IMG/VR virus record: IMGVR_UViG_3300044878_000100
Coordinates: 1 to 41,501 of that record
From: a virus
Lineage: Duplodnaviria; Caudoviricetes
DNA length: 41,501 nucleotides
Direction: 5' to 3' (one strand)
Below the pieces are notes generated by a model. It did not search any database. It was not told the DNA's origin and saw nothing but the letters and a program-made list of their open reading frames with translations. The first letter of the stretch is position 1; each line of letters starts with the position of its first letter. Shown piece by piece: positions 21,996 to 30,616 of the stretch. The position numbers were made by a program, and so were the translations under genes.

Positions 21996-24897
21996 GACGC
22001 ACCCCGCCCTTCGTGTTGATTATGTGAGTAACGTCCGCCGTGATGTCCCTGCGCAACTGCACGGGATCCAGTGCGGTCAGGTCGCCGAAGTTGAGCGTCA
22101 GCCCAGGAGATGCCCCGGCAGCAACAGGTGCGGCCTGACGGGCAGGCGCACTAGCCGGCGCCATCTGCGCATTCATCCGGTCAAGATTCCCGTAGCCGAT
22201 AGCCCGAGCCGCCGACGCCTTCAACACATACTCATCCTTCGACAGCATGTGAGGGACCGAATCAGACGTGTCAGTGCCAGGCCCGAAGACCCGCCCGCCA
22301 GTTGCCTTGTTCAGGGGGTTGCTTGGAGTGCCTGGCGGGATTGCGTAGACGCCAGCGCCCTGACCGTACGAACCATCCGCGAGGGTTGAGGGCAGACCCA
22401 CCCGCTTCTCGAAGCTAGTCTTGTACGTGTCGATCATGATGGAGATTCGGCGACCGTTGAGGTCGTCCAACTGCTTCTTCAGCGCGTCAGCCTGGGCCGC
22501 AGCAGTCTGCTCAATCCAGGTCTTCACGTCCACATTAGGCGGGACGCCAAGAATCTTGCGCGCTAGGTCCTCCGCGGCCTTGCCGTGAATGCCCATCGCG
22601 TCAGCGTTCGCAACAATGTCGTCGTAGCTGGTGCTGAGGGTCTTCTGAAGATCCTCCTGCCCCAGCCCCTCCTTAGCCTGCGCCGTAACCTCAGCCATAC
22701 CCTTCTGAGCAATATCCTGAAGTGCGGCGTTTGCCTTGGCGCCTGCCTCGGTCGTGAGGTCAAAGTCCGTGGCGTTGTCGTTGAGCGTGCGGCCCATCTT
22801 GCCCTGAGACTTAGCGATCTCCTCCAGCACCTTCGGGACGTTCCGCAGCGACTCGTTGTAGGCGGCGTTCGCGTCACGGGCTGACATGGTGATAAGCCCC
22901 GTCGCGAACAACTGCTCCAAGAACTTGTCCATGTCAGTAATGACACCGCCAAGCTCAACGCTGGAATCCTCAAGTGCCTGCTTGAAGGTATCCGTGCCCG
23001 CGGCTGCGCCCTGCATGGAAGTGGGGATCCTGCCTAGCGCGAGGTCCAGTAAATCCTGTTCACTGAGGACCACGCCCGACTTCGTCGCCAGCTCCTGCAA
23101 GGCATCCTTGTAGCCCGGCATGGATTCGAGCGCTTCTTTCGCACCCTTGCCGTTCCTCTGAAACTCAGTCGTTAGCTGCTGGAAAGCCTTGGCCGCGGTT
23201 TCCGCCCCGCCGTTCTTGACCAGGTTGCCCATCTCGCCGCCAAGACCCTTTAGTCGGTTCTCAACCTGAGTTACATCCGATTCGGAGAACCCGAGGAGCC
23301 TGTTTGCCGGGTCGGCTAAGTTCTGATTGAGCCAGTCGTTGCCGTCCTGGTGGGTCAACCTGCGAACCGCGTCAGACATGCTGTCCACGCCAGCTACAGT
23401 TTCCCCGAAAGCCAGCTTGTCCCAGCCTTGGAATACCGAGTCGAGGCCAGACCCGTCAGCAGCCTTCCCGACCTTCAGGAGCGCCTGCCCAAAGTCCTCG
23501 GTGGACTTCGTATTCTTGTCCGTGAAGACTGCGCCAGCAACCTGCAACGCCACTAGTGCCACGGTGGCGATGCCCGCCGCCTTGCCGACATTCTTGATGC
23601 CAGCAGCAGCCTTCGGGGACTTCTCGGAGAGCGCATCGAAGGAGCCCTTGAACTCCATGAGTTTAGGGAGCGCGCTAACCAGCATCCCGGACACAAGCAG
23701 TCCCGCCCCGGCCACTCCAGCGATGCCAGTGCCCGCTGTCAGGACCGGCCCGGGAATCTTGCCGACAGCATCCACTAGGTCCTCAGCGCCCTGCACAATA
23801 CCCCGCAGCGCCTCCGCGGCGCCGGATCCGCCCTTGATCAGAACCGAATCGAACGAGCCGCCCAGCTTCTCGAGGTCGCCCGCAAGGTTGTCCTGCTTGA
23901 TAGAGGCAGTCACCGCCGCATACCCGGCATCGTTGACCTTGTCGGTCCAGTCGGAGATGCCCTTGGCGCCCTGCTCGTAAAGTACGTTCGCGGCACGCAC
24001 GGCGTCAGATCCGAAGATGACGCCCATAGCCGCGTTGCGGGCCTCCGGCGTCAAGTCCTTCATCGAGGTCTTCAAGTTCTCAGAGAACTTAGCCAGGCCG
24101 ATAAACTGGCCCTGCGCGTCATACGCGGAGATGCCCAGATCCGACATCATGTTCTTAGCCTCGAGCGACTGCGGCGTGAGGCGTTGCAGCATCGTCTTCA
24201 TGGACGTGCCCGCATCCGAGCCAGTCAGGCCCGCGGACGCGAACGCGGCGAGCCCGCCCGTAGTCTCCTCAATGCTCAGTCCGGTAGACGCCGCAACAAG
24301 GCCCGTCTGATTCAGCGCCGCGCCAAGATCCTCAACCGAGCCCTGAGCCTTGCCAGCGCCAGCCGCCAGGAGGTCGGCAAGGTGGGGTACCTTTTCGCCG
24401 GAAAGCTTGAACTGCGTGAGGGCAGACGCGCTGATTTCCGCAGCCTTAGCGACATCCAGCGAACCAGCCGCAGCCAGCGACAATGCACCGGTGAGCCCGC
24501 CGCCTAGAATGTCCTTCGTGGACACGCCAGCCTTCGCCAGCTCGTCAATACCCTGCGCGGCTTCCTTCGCCGAGAACGCCGTATCCGCGCCGGCATTGAC
24601 AGCAGCCTCACGCAGAAGCTCCATGTTGCCGGTCGTTTCATGCGTAGACGCCTGAACCTCAGACATCGCCGAATCAAACTCCATGAACGACTTCACCGCG
24701 ATAGCAACACCGGCCAGGAGCGCGCCACCCATGACCATCGAAGCCTTGCCGACGCGGTCCAGATGCTGCTCATTCTCGCGAGCAAACGAAGCCGTCCGGT
24801 CGGCGAAATCAGTTGTCGCCTGCTGCGCCGTGCGCATCCCCGACACGAAACCCTGAACCCTGGCCTCAAGCGCGATAGATATGCTGCGATCAGCCAA
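21988..24897 (-). CDS. Tape measure protein
   Basis: 969 aa, Ala-rich, TP901-type core (FSAKEAAQG..ELAKAG; GSDAGTSMK). Confidence 0.95.
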   Translation of the reverse strand: MADRSISIALEARVQGFVSGMRTAQQATTDFADRTASFARENEQHLDRVGKASMVMGGALLAGVAIAVKSFMEFDSAMSEVQASTHETTGNMELLREAAVNAGADTAFSAKEAAQGIDELAKAGVSTKDILGGGLTGALSLAAAGSLDVAKAAEISASALTQFKLSGEKVPHLADLLAAGAGKAQGSVEDLGAALNQTGLVAASTGLSIEETTGGLAAFASAGLTGSDAGTSMKTMLQRLTPQSLEAKNMMSDLGISAYDAQGQFIGLAKFSENLKTSMKDLTPEARNAAMGVIFGSDAVRAANVLYEQGAKGISDWTDKVNDAGYAAVTASIKQDNLAGDLEKLGGSFDSVLIKGGSGAAEALRGIVQGAEDLVDAVGKIPGPVLTAGTGIAGVAGAGLLVSGMLVSALPKLMEFKGSFDALSEKSPKAAAGIKNVGKAAGIATVALVALQVAGAVFTDKNTKSTEDFGQALLKVGKAADGSGLDSVFQGWDKLAFGETVAGVDSMSDAVRRLTHQDGNDWLNQNLADPANRLLGFSESDVTQVENRLKGLGGEMGNLVKNGGAETAAKAFQQLTTEFQRNGKGAKEALESMPGYKDALQELATKSGVVLSEQDLLDLALGRIPTSMQGAAAGTDTFKQALEDSSVELGGVITDMDKFLEQLFATGLITMSARDANAAYNESLRNVPKVLEEIAKSQGKMGRTLNDNATDFDLTTEAGAKANAALQDIAQKGMAEVTAQAKEGLGQEDLQKTLSTSYDDIVANADAMGIHGKAAEDLARKILGVPPNVDVKTWIEQTAAAQADALKKQLDDLNGRRISIMIDTYKTSFEKRVGLPSTLADGSYGQGAGVYAIPPGTPSNPLNKATGGRVFGPGTDTSDSVPHMLSKDEYVLKASAARAIGYGNLDRMNAQMAPASAPARQAAPVAAGASPGLTLNFGDLTALDPVQLRRDITADVTHIINTKGGVRLA

Positions 24898-24917
24898 GGG
24901 GGCCTCCTGTTATTGAT

Positions 24918-25307
24918 TTACGGGTCTAATGCGGGGGCGATCATCAGCGCTGAATTGTGCGGCTGGTCCTTGTAAGGCTCCATCGCGATAGCCCGCGCCG
25001 TCGTGGCATGGCATCGAATCGGCAGCCCGCCCTTGAACTTCATTTCGTTCTCAGGGCTCGTGCACACCGACAGCGGGGAGCCACACAGCGGACAGAGCGA
25101 GCCGCGGTAAGCCTGCAACGCAAGCATCACCGTCTGCTCGCCCTCGTCCCACTCAGGTTCAGGCCGGGACGACACAAGCCGCCCCGCCGAATACTCATAC
25201 GTTGTCGCAGGCTCCCAGCCGTGGAACCGCTTCAATGAAATGCCGAGAGCGTGCGCCGTCTCTACGTCTGATCTGAGTCCTGGATCATCCTGAAGGCGCT
25301 GAGCGAA
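24918..25307 (-). CDS. Tail assembly chaperone, -1 frameshift extension
   Basis: Open -1 frame from slippery site: FAQRLQDDPGLRSDVETAHALGISLKRFHGWEP... Confidence 0.85.
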   Translation of the reverse strand, partial: FAQRLQDDPGLRSDVETAHALGISLKRFHGWEPATTYEYSAGRLVSSRPEPEWDEGEQTVMLALQAYRGSLCPLCGSPLSVCTSPENEMKFKGGLPIRCHATTARAIAMEPYKDQPHNSALMIAPALDP

Positions 25308-25798
25308 AAAGGGACCTCGTTACGCCCCTTATTCACGCGCAAGGTAGCGAGGACAAAATCCTCATACTGCGAATCGGTCATGTCATCCGCGAGGGCATCC
25401 CACTCGTCCGCGACAACAAACGGCAGCGACTCGCCGGCGTGGTTCTCAACACCAGCAATGGACTTCGGCACCGCAACCTTCATCAAGGCCTCAACATTGA
25501 AGCCGTACGACTTATCCAGCGCGTTACCATCACGCGGGGCATTGGCCGCAACCAGATCGTTCCAGTCGCCACGCCTCATCCCACGGACCAGGAACGAAAC
25601 CGTCGCCGCCTTCATCTCTTCCTCAAGGTCATTGACCTTCTTGGCCAAGCCCTTAGCCGGATCGTTCAGGCGGGCATCAGCGAGGGACTGCGACCGAGCC
25701 ACGTTGAACTCAGCCTCAGCCGCCTCGTGCGCCGCCTTCAGGTCGCCATCCAGGCAAAACAGGACACGCGTCTCAGGACGCTTCACAACAAGAGCCAT
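25262..25798 (-). CDS. Tail assembly chaperone
   Basis: ATG 25798 (MALVVKRPE); between major tail and tape measure genes. Confidence 0.85.
   Translation of the reverse strand: MALVVKRPETRVLFCLDGDLKAAHEAAEAEFNVARSQSLADARLNDPAKGLAKKVNDLEEEMKAATVSFLVRGMRRGDWNDLVAANAPRDGNALDKSYGFNVEALMKVAVPKSIAGVENHAGESLPFVVADEWDALADDMTDSQYEDFVLATLRVNKGRNEVPFSLSAFRMIQDSDQT
25307..25313 (-). other. Programmed -1 frameshift slippery site C CCT TTT
   Basis: X XXY YYZ in frame at end of chaperone gene. Confidence 0.85.
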
Positions 25799-25894
25799 CA
25801 GATATCTCCAAAGTCTTCTAGCGGGACAAGTGGGACTTGACCTGTTCGCCCGCGGTCCCACAACGCACGGGCGAACAGGGGTATCAAGGAAGAA

Positions 25895-26407
25895 CTACGC
25901 TTCGATTGCCACGTTGATCTTCACGGCGCCGCGAACGAACAGCTTCTGCCCGGTCTTCAGGACCGAGTTAGCTTCCGGCGGCATGTCGTTGTACTCGCCC
26001 GGGTTCACCGGGTAAATGGTGACCTTCTGGCCCACAGCGAGCGCATCGCCATAAGGAACGCCGGTACGAACAACCAGGTACTGCTCAGCGCCGGGCACGA
26101 GAGTGTCCTTCGCCTTGTTGTACGTGGACTCGTTCGGCGAGTTCGTGTTGTCGATGTACTCGACCTCAAGGCCACGCTGCGAGCGGCCCTTCTGCTCATA
26201 CGTCTGAGTCGTGCACAGTCGCTCATCGGTGATGACCTGCTCGGACAGGGAAGGCTTGTAGCCCCCACCCGTCAGGTAGCAGGAGATGTCAACCGCGCCG
26301 ACGCCATTCAGCTCAGTGAGCTTCGGAGCGTCAGTGTCAGCGATAGCAGCAACAAGCTTGACGAGAACATTGCCGTCAGCGGGCGTACTCGGGATATCGA
26401 CAGCCAT
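25895..26407 (-). CDS. Major tail protein
   Basis: AP.LTEL...DISCYLT, DERLC, synteny. Confidence 0.88.
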   Translation of the reverse strand: MAVDIPSTPADGNVLVKLVAAIADTDAPKLTELNGVGAVDISCYLTGGGYKPSLSEQVITDERLCTTQTYEQKGRSQRGLEVEYIDNTNSPNESTYNKAKDTLVPGAEQYLVVRTGVPYGDALAVGQKVTIYPVNPGEYNDMPPEANSVLKTGQKLFVRGAVKINVAIEA

Positions 26408-26590
26408 TTAGCTTTCCTCTTTCTTGGATGCCCGAATGGGCTGTAGTTTGTGCTTCGGGGGTCGAGGCCGGTCCACGGCGGGGTAACGGTCACTCTTGAC
26501 GGGTGTGAAGATGCCCTCAGCAACCCGCCAGTCTTGCTCCGGCACGTCGAACTCGTGACCGGAATCTTTGTCTTTCACCCTGATAAACAA
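26408..26590 (-). CDS. Small hypothetical virion-module protein
   Basis: MFIRVKDKDSGHEFDV; AGGAGG SD. Confidence 0.7.
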   Translation of the reverse strand: MFIRVKDKDSGHEFDVPEQDWRVAEGIFTPVKSDRYPAVDRPRPPKHKLQPIRASKKEES

Positions 26591-26607
26591 GGGGCCTCCT
26601 AGGGCAT

Positions 26608-26633
26608 AGAAAAAGCCCCGGAGTGCGGGGCTT
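26608..26633 (-). terminator. Rho-independent terminator inside late operon
   Basis: AAGCCCCG-CACTC-CGGGGCTT followed by T run on minus. Confidence 0.7.
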
Positions 26634-26638
26634 GGTTG

Positions 26639-27037
26639 TCAGCTTCTGGAGCCCGTCAGGACCCAATCAAAGGGCTGGTATAGGGGGTGCTGACCGTTGA
26701 TAGTCACGTCCTCGTCCGGCAACAGCGGCTGATCGTTGCCGACCGACTCAACCGCGCCGAGAACCCAACCTGGAACCTCGGGGCGTTTACCCTCCAGCGC
26801 GTCCGTGAGCTTCTGCGCCACAATCCGCACCGACGAAGCAGTGAGCCCCACAACCTGTGTACGCGACCGCAGCACACGAGCAGACACCGACCGCGCCAAG
26901 GATCGCTCAGCAACAGTCGGAAAGTTCGTCACTACGAAGACGTAAGGGAACGTTGGCGTGGATGGCACGCGATCCTTGTAGACCGTCACGCCAGTAATCA
27001 GCGCCTCAAACCCGGCAGCAAGAGCATCGCCCGTCAT
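26639..27037 (-). CDS. Tail terminator
   Basis: VYKDRVP..PTFPYV; synteny. Confidence 0.7.
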   Translation of the reverse strand: MTGDALAAGFEALITGVTVYKDRVPSTPTFPYVFVVTNFPTVAERSLARSVSARVLRSRTQVVGLTASSVRIVAQKLTDALEGKRPEVPGWVLGAVESVGNDQPLLPDEDVTINGQHPLYQPFDWVLTGSRS

Positions 27038-27417
27038 AACTGACCCGCCCATCTAGCCGCCAACGCATCAAGCGCCGACATCGTCCGCGGCTCCTCAGAA
27101 CGCAACGGCTTATCAATGTCACCCGATCCACCACCACGACTAGTGCCGAAATAGTAGATGTTGCCGAGAGCGCCACCGCGGCGGGACTTATCCGGGCCGA
27201 CCACATAGCGTGCACGGCCTGGCAGGTAGTAAGACTCGTAGGTGATCGACCCGGCCATGCCCTTGAAGTGTTCAGAACTTGCCGCGTCCGATTGCAGTTC
27301 GTTCTTCATGTTCTGCACGCCCCTCTTCAGGACCGCATCAACATCTTTCAGGGCAGAACCTGCGACCCTGCCGAGGTTGGTGGAGAACTGCCGAAGCTCG
27401 GCGACTCCGTCACTCAC
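27034..27417 (-). CDS. Neck/tail-completion protein (HK97 gp10-like)
   Basis: SITYE..VGP..LGNIYYFGTS; synteny. Confidence 0.7.
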   Translation of the reverse strand: MSDGVAELRQFSTNLGRVAGSALKDVDAVLKRGVQNMKNELQSDAASSEHFKGMAGSITYESYYLPGRARYVVGPDKSRRGGALGNIYYFGTSRGGGSGDIDKPLRSEEPRTMSALDALAARWAGQL

Positions 27418-27821
27418 GCGACCACCTCAGAAACCCGCGTCCGCTGCGCAGTCGCAAAGGACTTATGGAACAACTCAGTGACCCGGAACTCAGAACCCAC
27501 AAGTTGCGGATCCAGAACCGAAGCCGTGATCGTCACAACGTCATCCACCATCAACGGGCCAGCCGCAACCGGGAAATCAACCCGCGAATCCTGCACCGTA
27601 AACGCATGCCCGCCAGCGTTCGGGTTCGAGGCTTGGGAAATGGTTTGCTGCACCTTGCACGGGCCGCTGTAGACCTCAATGGGGGAGTTGGTAACGTCTC
27701 CCGTTTCTGGATCCGTCACCGCCTCGCCCGGGCGCGTGATCGTGCACGCGTCGATCATTAGGGACTCGGCCTGCGTCCTCAAGAATGGCAGGGCGCCTAT
27801 AACGTCCTCCGCGAAGCTCAC
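27414..27821 (-). CDS. Head-to-tail stopper
   Basis: MIDACTITRP...DPETG...VYSGPCKVQ. Confidence 0.8.
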   Translation of the reverse strand: MSFAEDVIGALPFLRTQAESLMIDACTITRPGEAVTDPETGDVTNSPIEVYSGPCKVQQTISQASNPNAGGHAFTVQDSRVDFPVAAGPLMVDDVVTITASVLDPQLVGSEFRVTELFHKSFATAQRTRVSEVVA

Positions 27822-28288
27822 AGGTCGCCAGTCTCATAGATCGGAACGCCGGCAATGTCCACGCCACAGGAGCAATAGTTCGCGCCCATCATCAGCGAAC
27901 ACCACGGCAGGTGCCGCGAATAGGTGCTCACCATGTCGATGGAGAAGGCGCCGCTAGTCTCAACCAGCCCCAGCAGCGCCCACCACTCATCAAGGATCGT
28001 GACGCGACCCTTCCCAGACTTGTAAGACCGGGAAGACGAACCATCATCGACAGCAACCGTGACCTGCGTTGCATCGTCCGGGCGCTTGATGTGCGCCGCG
28101 ACAGCCTCACGCACCACATAATCCAGCCGCGCCTCATCGGGCGCTTCCGCCCCAAGCAGGACGCGCCTGGCATCAATGAGCATGAGCGCATCATCAACCC
28201 ACATCTGCCACTGCTGCTCAGTGACAGACCCCGGCTCGGGGACGGCCACACCCAGAGCGACCGCAAGCATATTTGGCGTCACAGACAT
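27818..28288 (-). CDS. Head-to-tail adaptor
   Basis: VVREAV...PD....VAVDDGS...EWWALLG. Confidence 0.8.
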   Translation of the reverse strand: MSVTPNMLAVALGVAVPEPGSVTEQQWQMWVDDALMLIDARRVLLGAEAPDEARLDYVVREAVAAHIKRPDDATQVTVAVDDGSSSRSYKSGKGRVTILDEWWALLGLVETSGAFSIDMVSTYSRHLPWCSLMMGANYCSCGVDIAGVPIYETGDL

Positions 28289-28303
28289 GACCGCCCCCTT
28301 CTA

Positions 28304-28453
28304 CTATTTGTTGGACTGTGCGCGGCGAGACGCCGGCTTGTCTTCCGCTTCGGCCTTGACCGCCACGGGCTTCCACTCGCCACCCAAAAGGGCGGCAGTG
28401 GAGTCCGCTACGGTCATCACCGCACCGGTCAACTCGTTACGCAGGCGCGGCAT
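28304..28453 (-). CDS. Small protein after capsid gene (49 aa)
   Basis: MPRLRNELTGAVMTVADSTAALLGGEW...; TAATG overlap. Confidence 0.7.
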   Translation of the reverse strand: MPRLRNELTGAVMTVADSTAALLGGEWKPVAVKAEAEDKPASRRAQSNK

Positions 28454-29352
28454 TAGACCGCGTCCACGATCTTGGCGAAGTTGCGGTCAATCTCAGCGAT
28501 ACCCCAGCCGTAAACAACCTCAGCGCGGAACGCAATCTGGTTGTTGCGCTTCAGGTCGCCGTTGCCGTCCGGGTCACCGAACTCGATGAGCTCCAGGCCG
28601 ATAGCCTTCTGAACGCCCCAGCGGACGGCGGTGAAGTCGCCCACAATGGCGCGGAGCTTCGTGTCCACAGCGGCGACTCCGGTAGCGCCGACAGTCTTCG
28701 AGGTCGCTGCGCGCAGAGACTCGAACACGGAGGACTCGTTGGCGAAAGTGAAGTCCGGGTACAGCTTCTGCCCGGTGCTGGCGATGCGCTGAGCCGAGAT
28801 CCGGGCCGCGAACTTGGGATCCATGGCGATGCCATTGGGGACACCGTTTGCGGCGAGCAGGGCGGCGATAGCAGCATCAGTGGACACGTAGGGTGCGTCG
28901 GCTGCGGCGTACTCGACAGAGGTCGTCGCGTTGACGAGCTTCTGGGTCATCCCGGCAACCACGGCGCCGGTCTTCGGGTTGATGCCGTGGATGACGCCGT
29001 AGTCCAGTGCGCGGGACAGTGCCGGCTGGATCTGGTCGAGGATCTGCTGAATGACGCCGAGCTGGTGGTCCTCGTCGGCCCACTTGACTTCTTCCGTGAA
29101 CCGGATGGTCTTCTGGAACTTGAAGTTCTCGACGGTCTGGGTCGTCTTCGTGATGTCATTCGAGGACTTGTTCGCGCCTTCGCCGACGTACTCAGCTTCG
29201 CCGGAATCGAAAACGAACGCTTCGCCCTTGCCGAACTTCATCGGGGTTGCGCCCGAGAGCTGGGAGATGGTCGAGCCCTTGTGGATGTTGTTTACCCACG
29301 GATCGAGCAGCTGCGTGGGGATGGTCAGTGAGCCAGTGGTAAGAGCGGCCAC
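28453..29352 (-). CDS. Major capsid protein (HK97 fold)
   Basis: AEYVGEG..K, GDF..VRWG, DLKRNNQIAFRAEVVYGW. Confidence 0.93.
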   Translation of the reverse strand: MAALTTGSLTIPTQLLDPWVNNIHKGSTISQLSGATPMKFGKGEAFVFDSGEAEYVGEGANKSSNDITKTTQTVENFKFQKTIRFTEEVKWADEDHQLGVIQQILDQIQPALSRALDYGVIHGINPKTGAVVAGMTQKLVNATTSVEYAAADAPYVSTDAAIAALLAANGVPNGIAMDPKFAARISAQRIASTGQKLYPDFTFANESSVFESLRAATSKTVGATGVAAVDTKLRAIVGDFTAVRWGVQKAIGLELIEFGDPDGNGDLKRNNQIAFRAEVVYGWGIAEIDRNFAKIVDAV

Positions 29353-29361
29353 GAGGGCCTC

Positions 29362-29868
29362 CTATTCCTTGTTGAAAAGTTTCTTGGTGAACTCCCGAAG
29401 GTCTGCGCCATCGCCCGAGGTGCTCGGGGACTGGCCTTCCTTCGGGGCAAAGTTGCCTTGCTTCTTGCGGTCTTCTACCCGACCCGCAAGGCGTTGCGCC
29501 TGCGCGGTGAGGGTGTCGAGGTCCGCTCCGGTGAGGAACAGGTCAGCGTCAGACGGCTCGCCTTTCGGGCCCTTCTTCGTACTGATACCAAACTCGGCCG
29601 CAACGCTGGACCGAAGCGCCACGGCTTCGGCCTGCTGCGCCCTGGTTTCCATTTCCTTGACTCGCTGCTCCAGGGTCTGGGTTTCGCCAGCCTTGGAACG
29701 CAGGTCGTCGTAGTCGCCGAACTTGTTCTTTGCCTGCTGCGCCAGCCGCTCGCGAACGATGCGGTCAACGTCAGCCTGTGTGAACGACTGCGCCGGCGAC
29801 GGCTGCTCAGTTTCCTGCGCGCCTTCCGGTGCGTCCTGCTGCTCAGCGTTCGTGGTTTCGTTACTCAT
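29362..29868 (-). CDS. Scaffolding protein
   Basis: FTQADVDRIVRERL...YDDL; upstream of capsid gene. Confidence 0.88.
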   Translation of the reverse strand: MSNETTNAEQQDAPEGAQETEQPSPAQSFTQADVDRIVRERLAQQAKNKFGDYDDLRSKAGETQTLEQRVKEMETRAQQAEAVALRSSVAAEFGISTKKGPKGEPSDADLFLTGADLDTLTAQAQRLAGRVEDRKKQGNFAPKEGQSPSTSGDGADLREFTKKLFNKE

Positions 29869-29938
29869 CGGATTGCCCCGTTTCCGTCCCGTCGGACATT
29901 AGACCGGTCTTGAAGCGCGACCGTAGCGCTGCCCCCAG

Positions 29939-30616
29939 TTATCCGGGGAAGTCTGAAAAGTTGGTGTTCAGGTACTCGCGGAGGTCCGCTTGCTGCTCCG
30001 GCGTCCTACGTTTACGGCTCGCAACGTACTGCATCGCGTTTGCCTCGTCGCCGTAATCGTTAGACGAAAACACGGGCTGTGCAGTGCACTTGCAGTTCGT
30101 ATGGGTAGCAAACCGAGCCGTGCTGTCCAGGTAGACGGCGCCCCTAGAGGCGAGCATCACGCAAAGCTTGCAACCGCCATTAGTCACCCGCCGCCAACCG
30201 ACCGCGGAAGGATCCCGGCGCCTGTTCGTAAGCACCGTGTCCCGGAACGGACGCGCCGACTCCAACTGCACAACATCAGCAAGCCGCCCCGCAGCAGTAG
30301 CCGGGTCATCGGCGAACAACGGATCAGCCGCCCAGGCAACAGCCCGACGCAGCTTCTCCGTGCGGTCAATAATGATCGGCTCCGCAAGATACAACTTCGG
30401 AGGTGCGGCCCGTTCCCGCTCATCGTCATAGAAGTCAGCCGCAAGAGCAGAAGACCCCGCAGAGTAGTAAGCGACAATCTCAGGGACGCCATCGAGCAGT
30501 AATGCCCGGCGCTGCTCCGGGGTGCCGGAAGACCTGCCGAGTAGGGACGTGACCGTATTGACGGCGCCGGCGGTTACAAGCTGTAGCGCCGCCTTAGAGT
30601 CAGCCGCCGTTAGCAT
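29939..30616 (-). CDS. Capsid maturation protease/MuF-like minor head protein
   Basis: WRRV...CKLCVMLASRG.VY...HTNCKC; after portal. Confidence 0.75.
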   Translation of the reverse strand: MLTAADSKAALQLVTAGAVNTVTSLLGRSSGTPEQRRALLLDGVPEIVAYYSAGSSALAADFYDDERERAAPPKLYLAEPIIIDRTEKLRRAVAWAADPLFADDPATAAGRLADVVQLESARPFRDTVLTNRRRDPSAVGWRRVTNGGCKLCVMLASRGAVYLDSTARFATHTNCKCTAQPVFSSNDYGDEANAMQYVASRKRRTPEQQADLREYLNTNFSDFPG

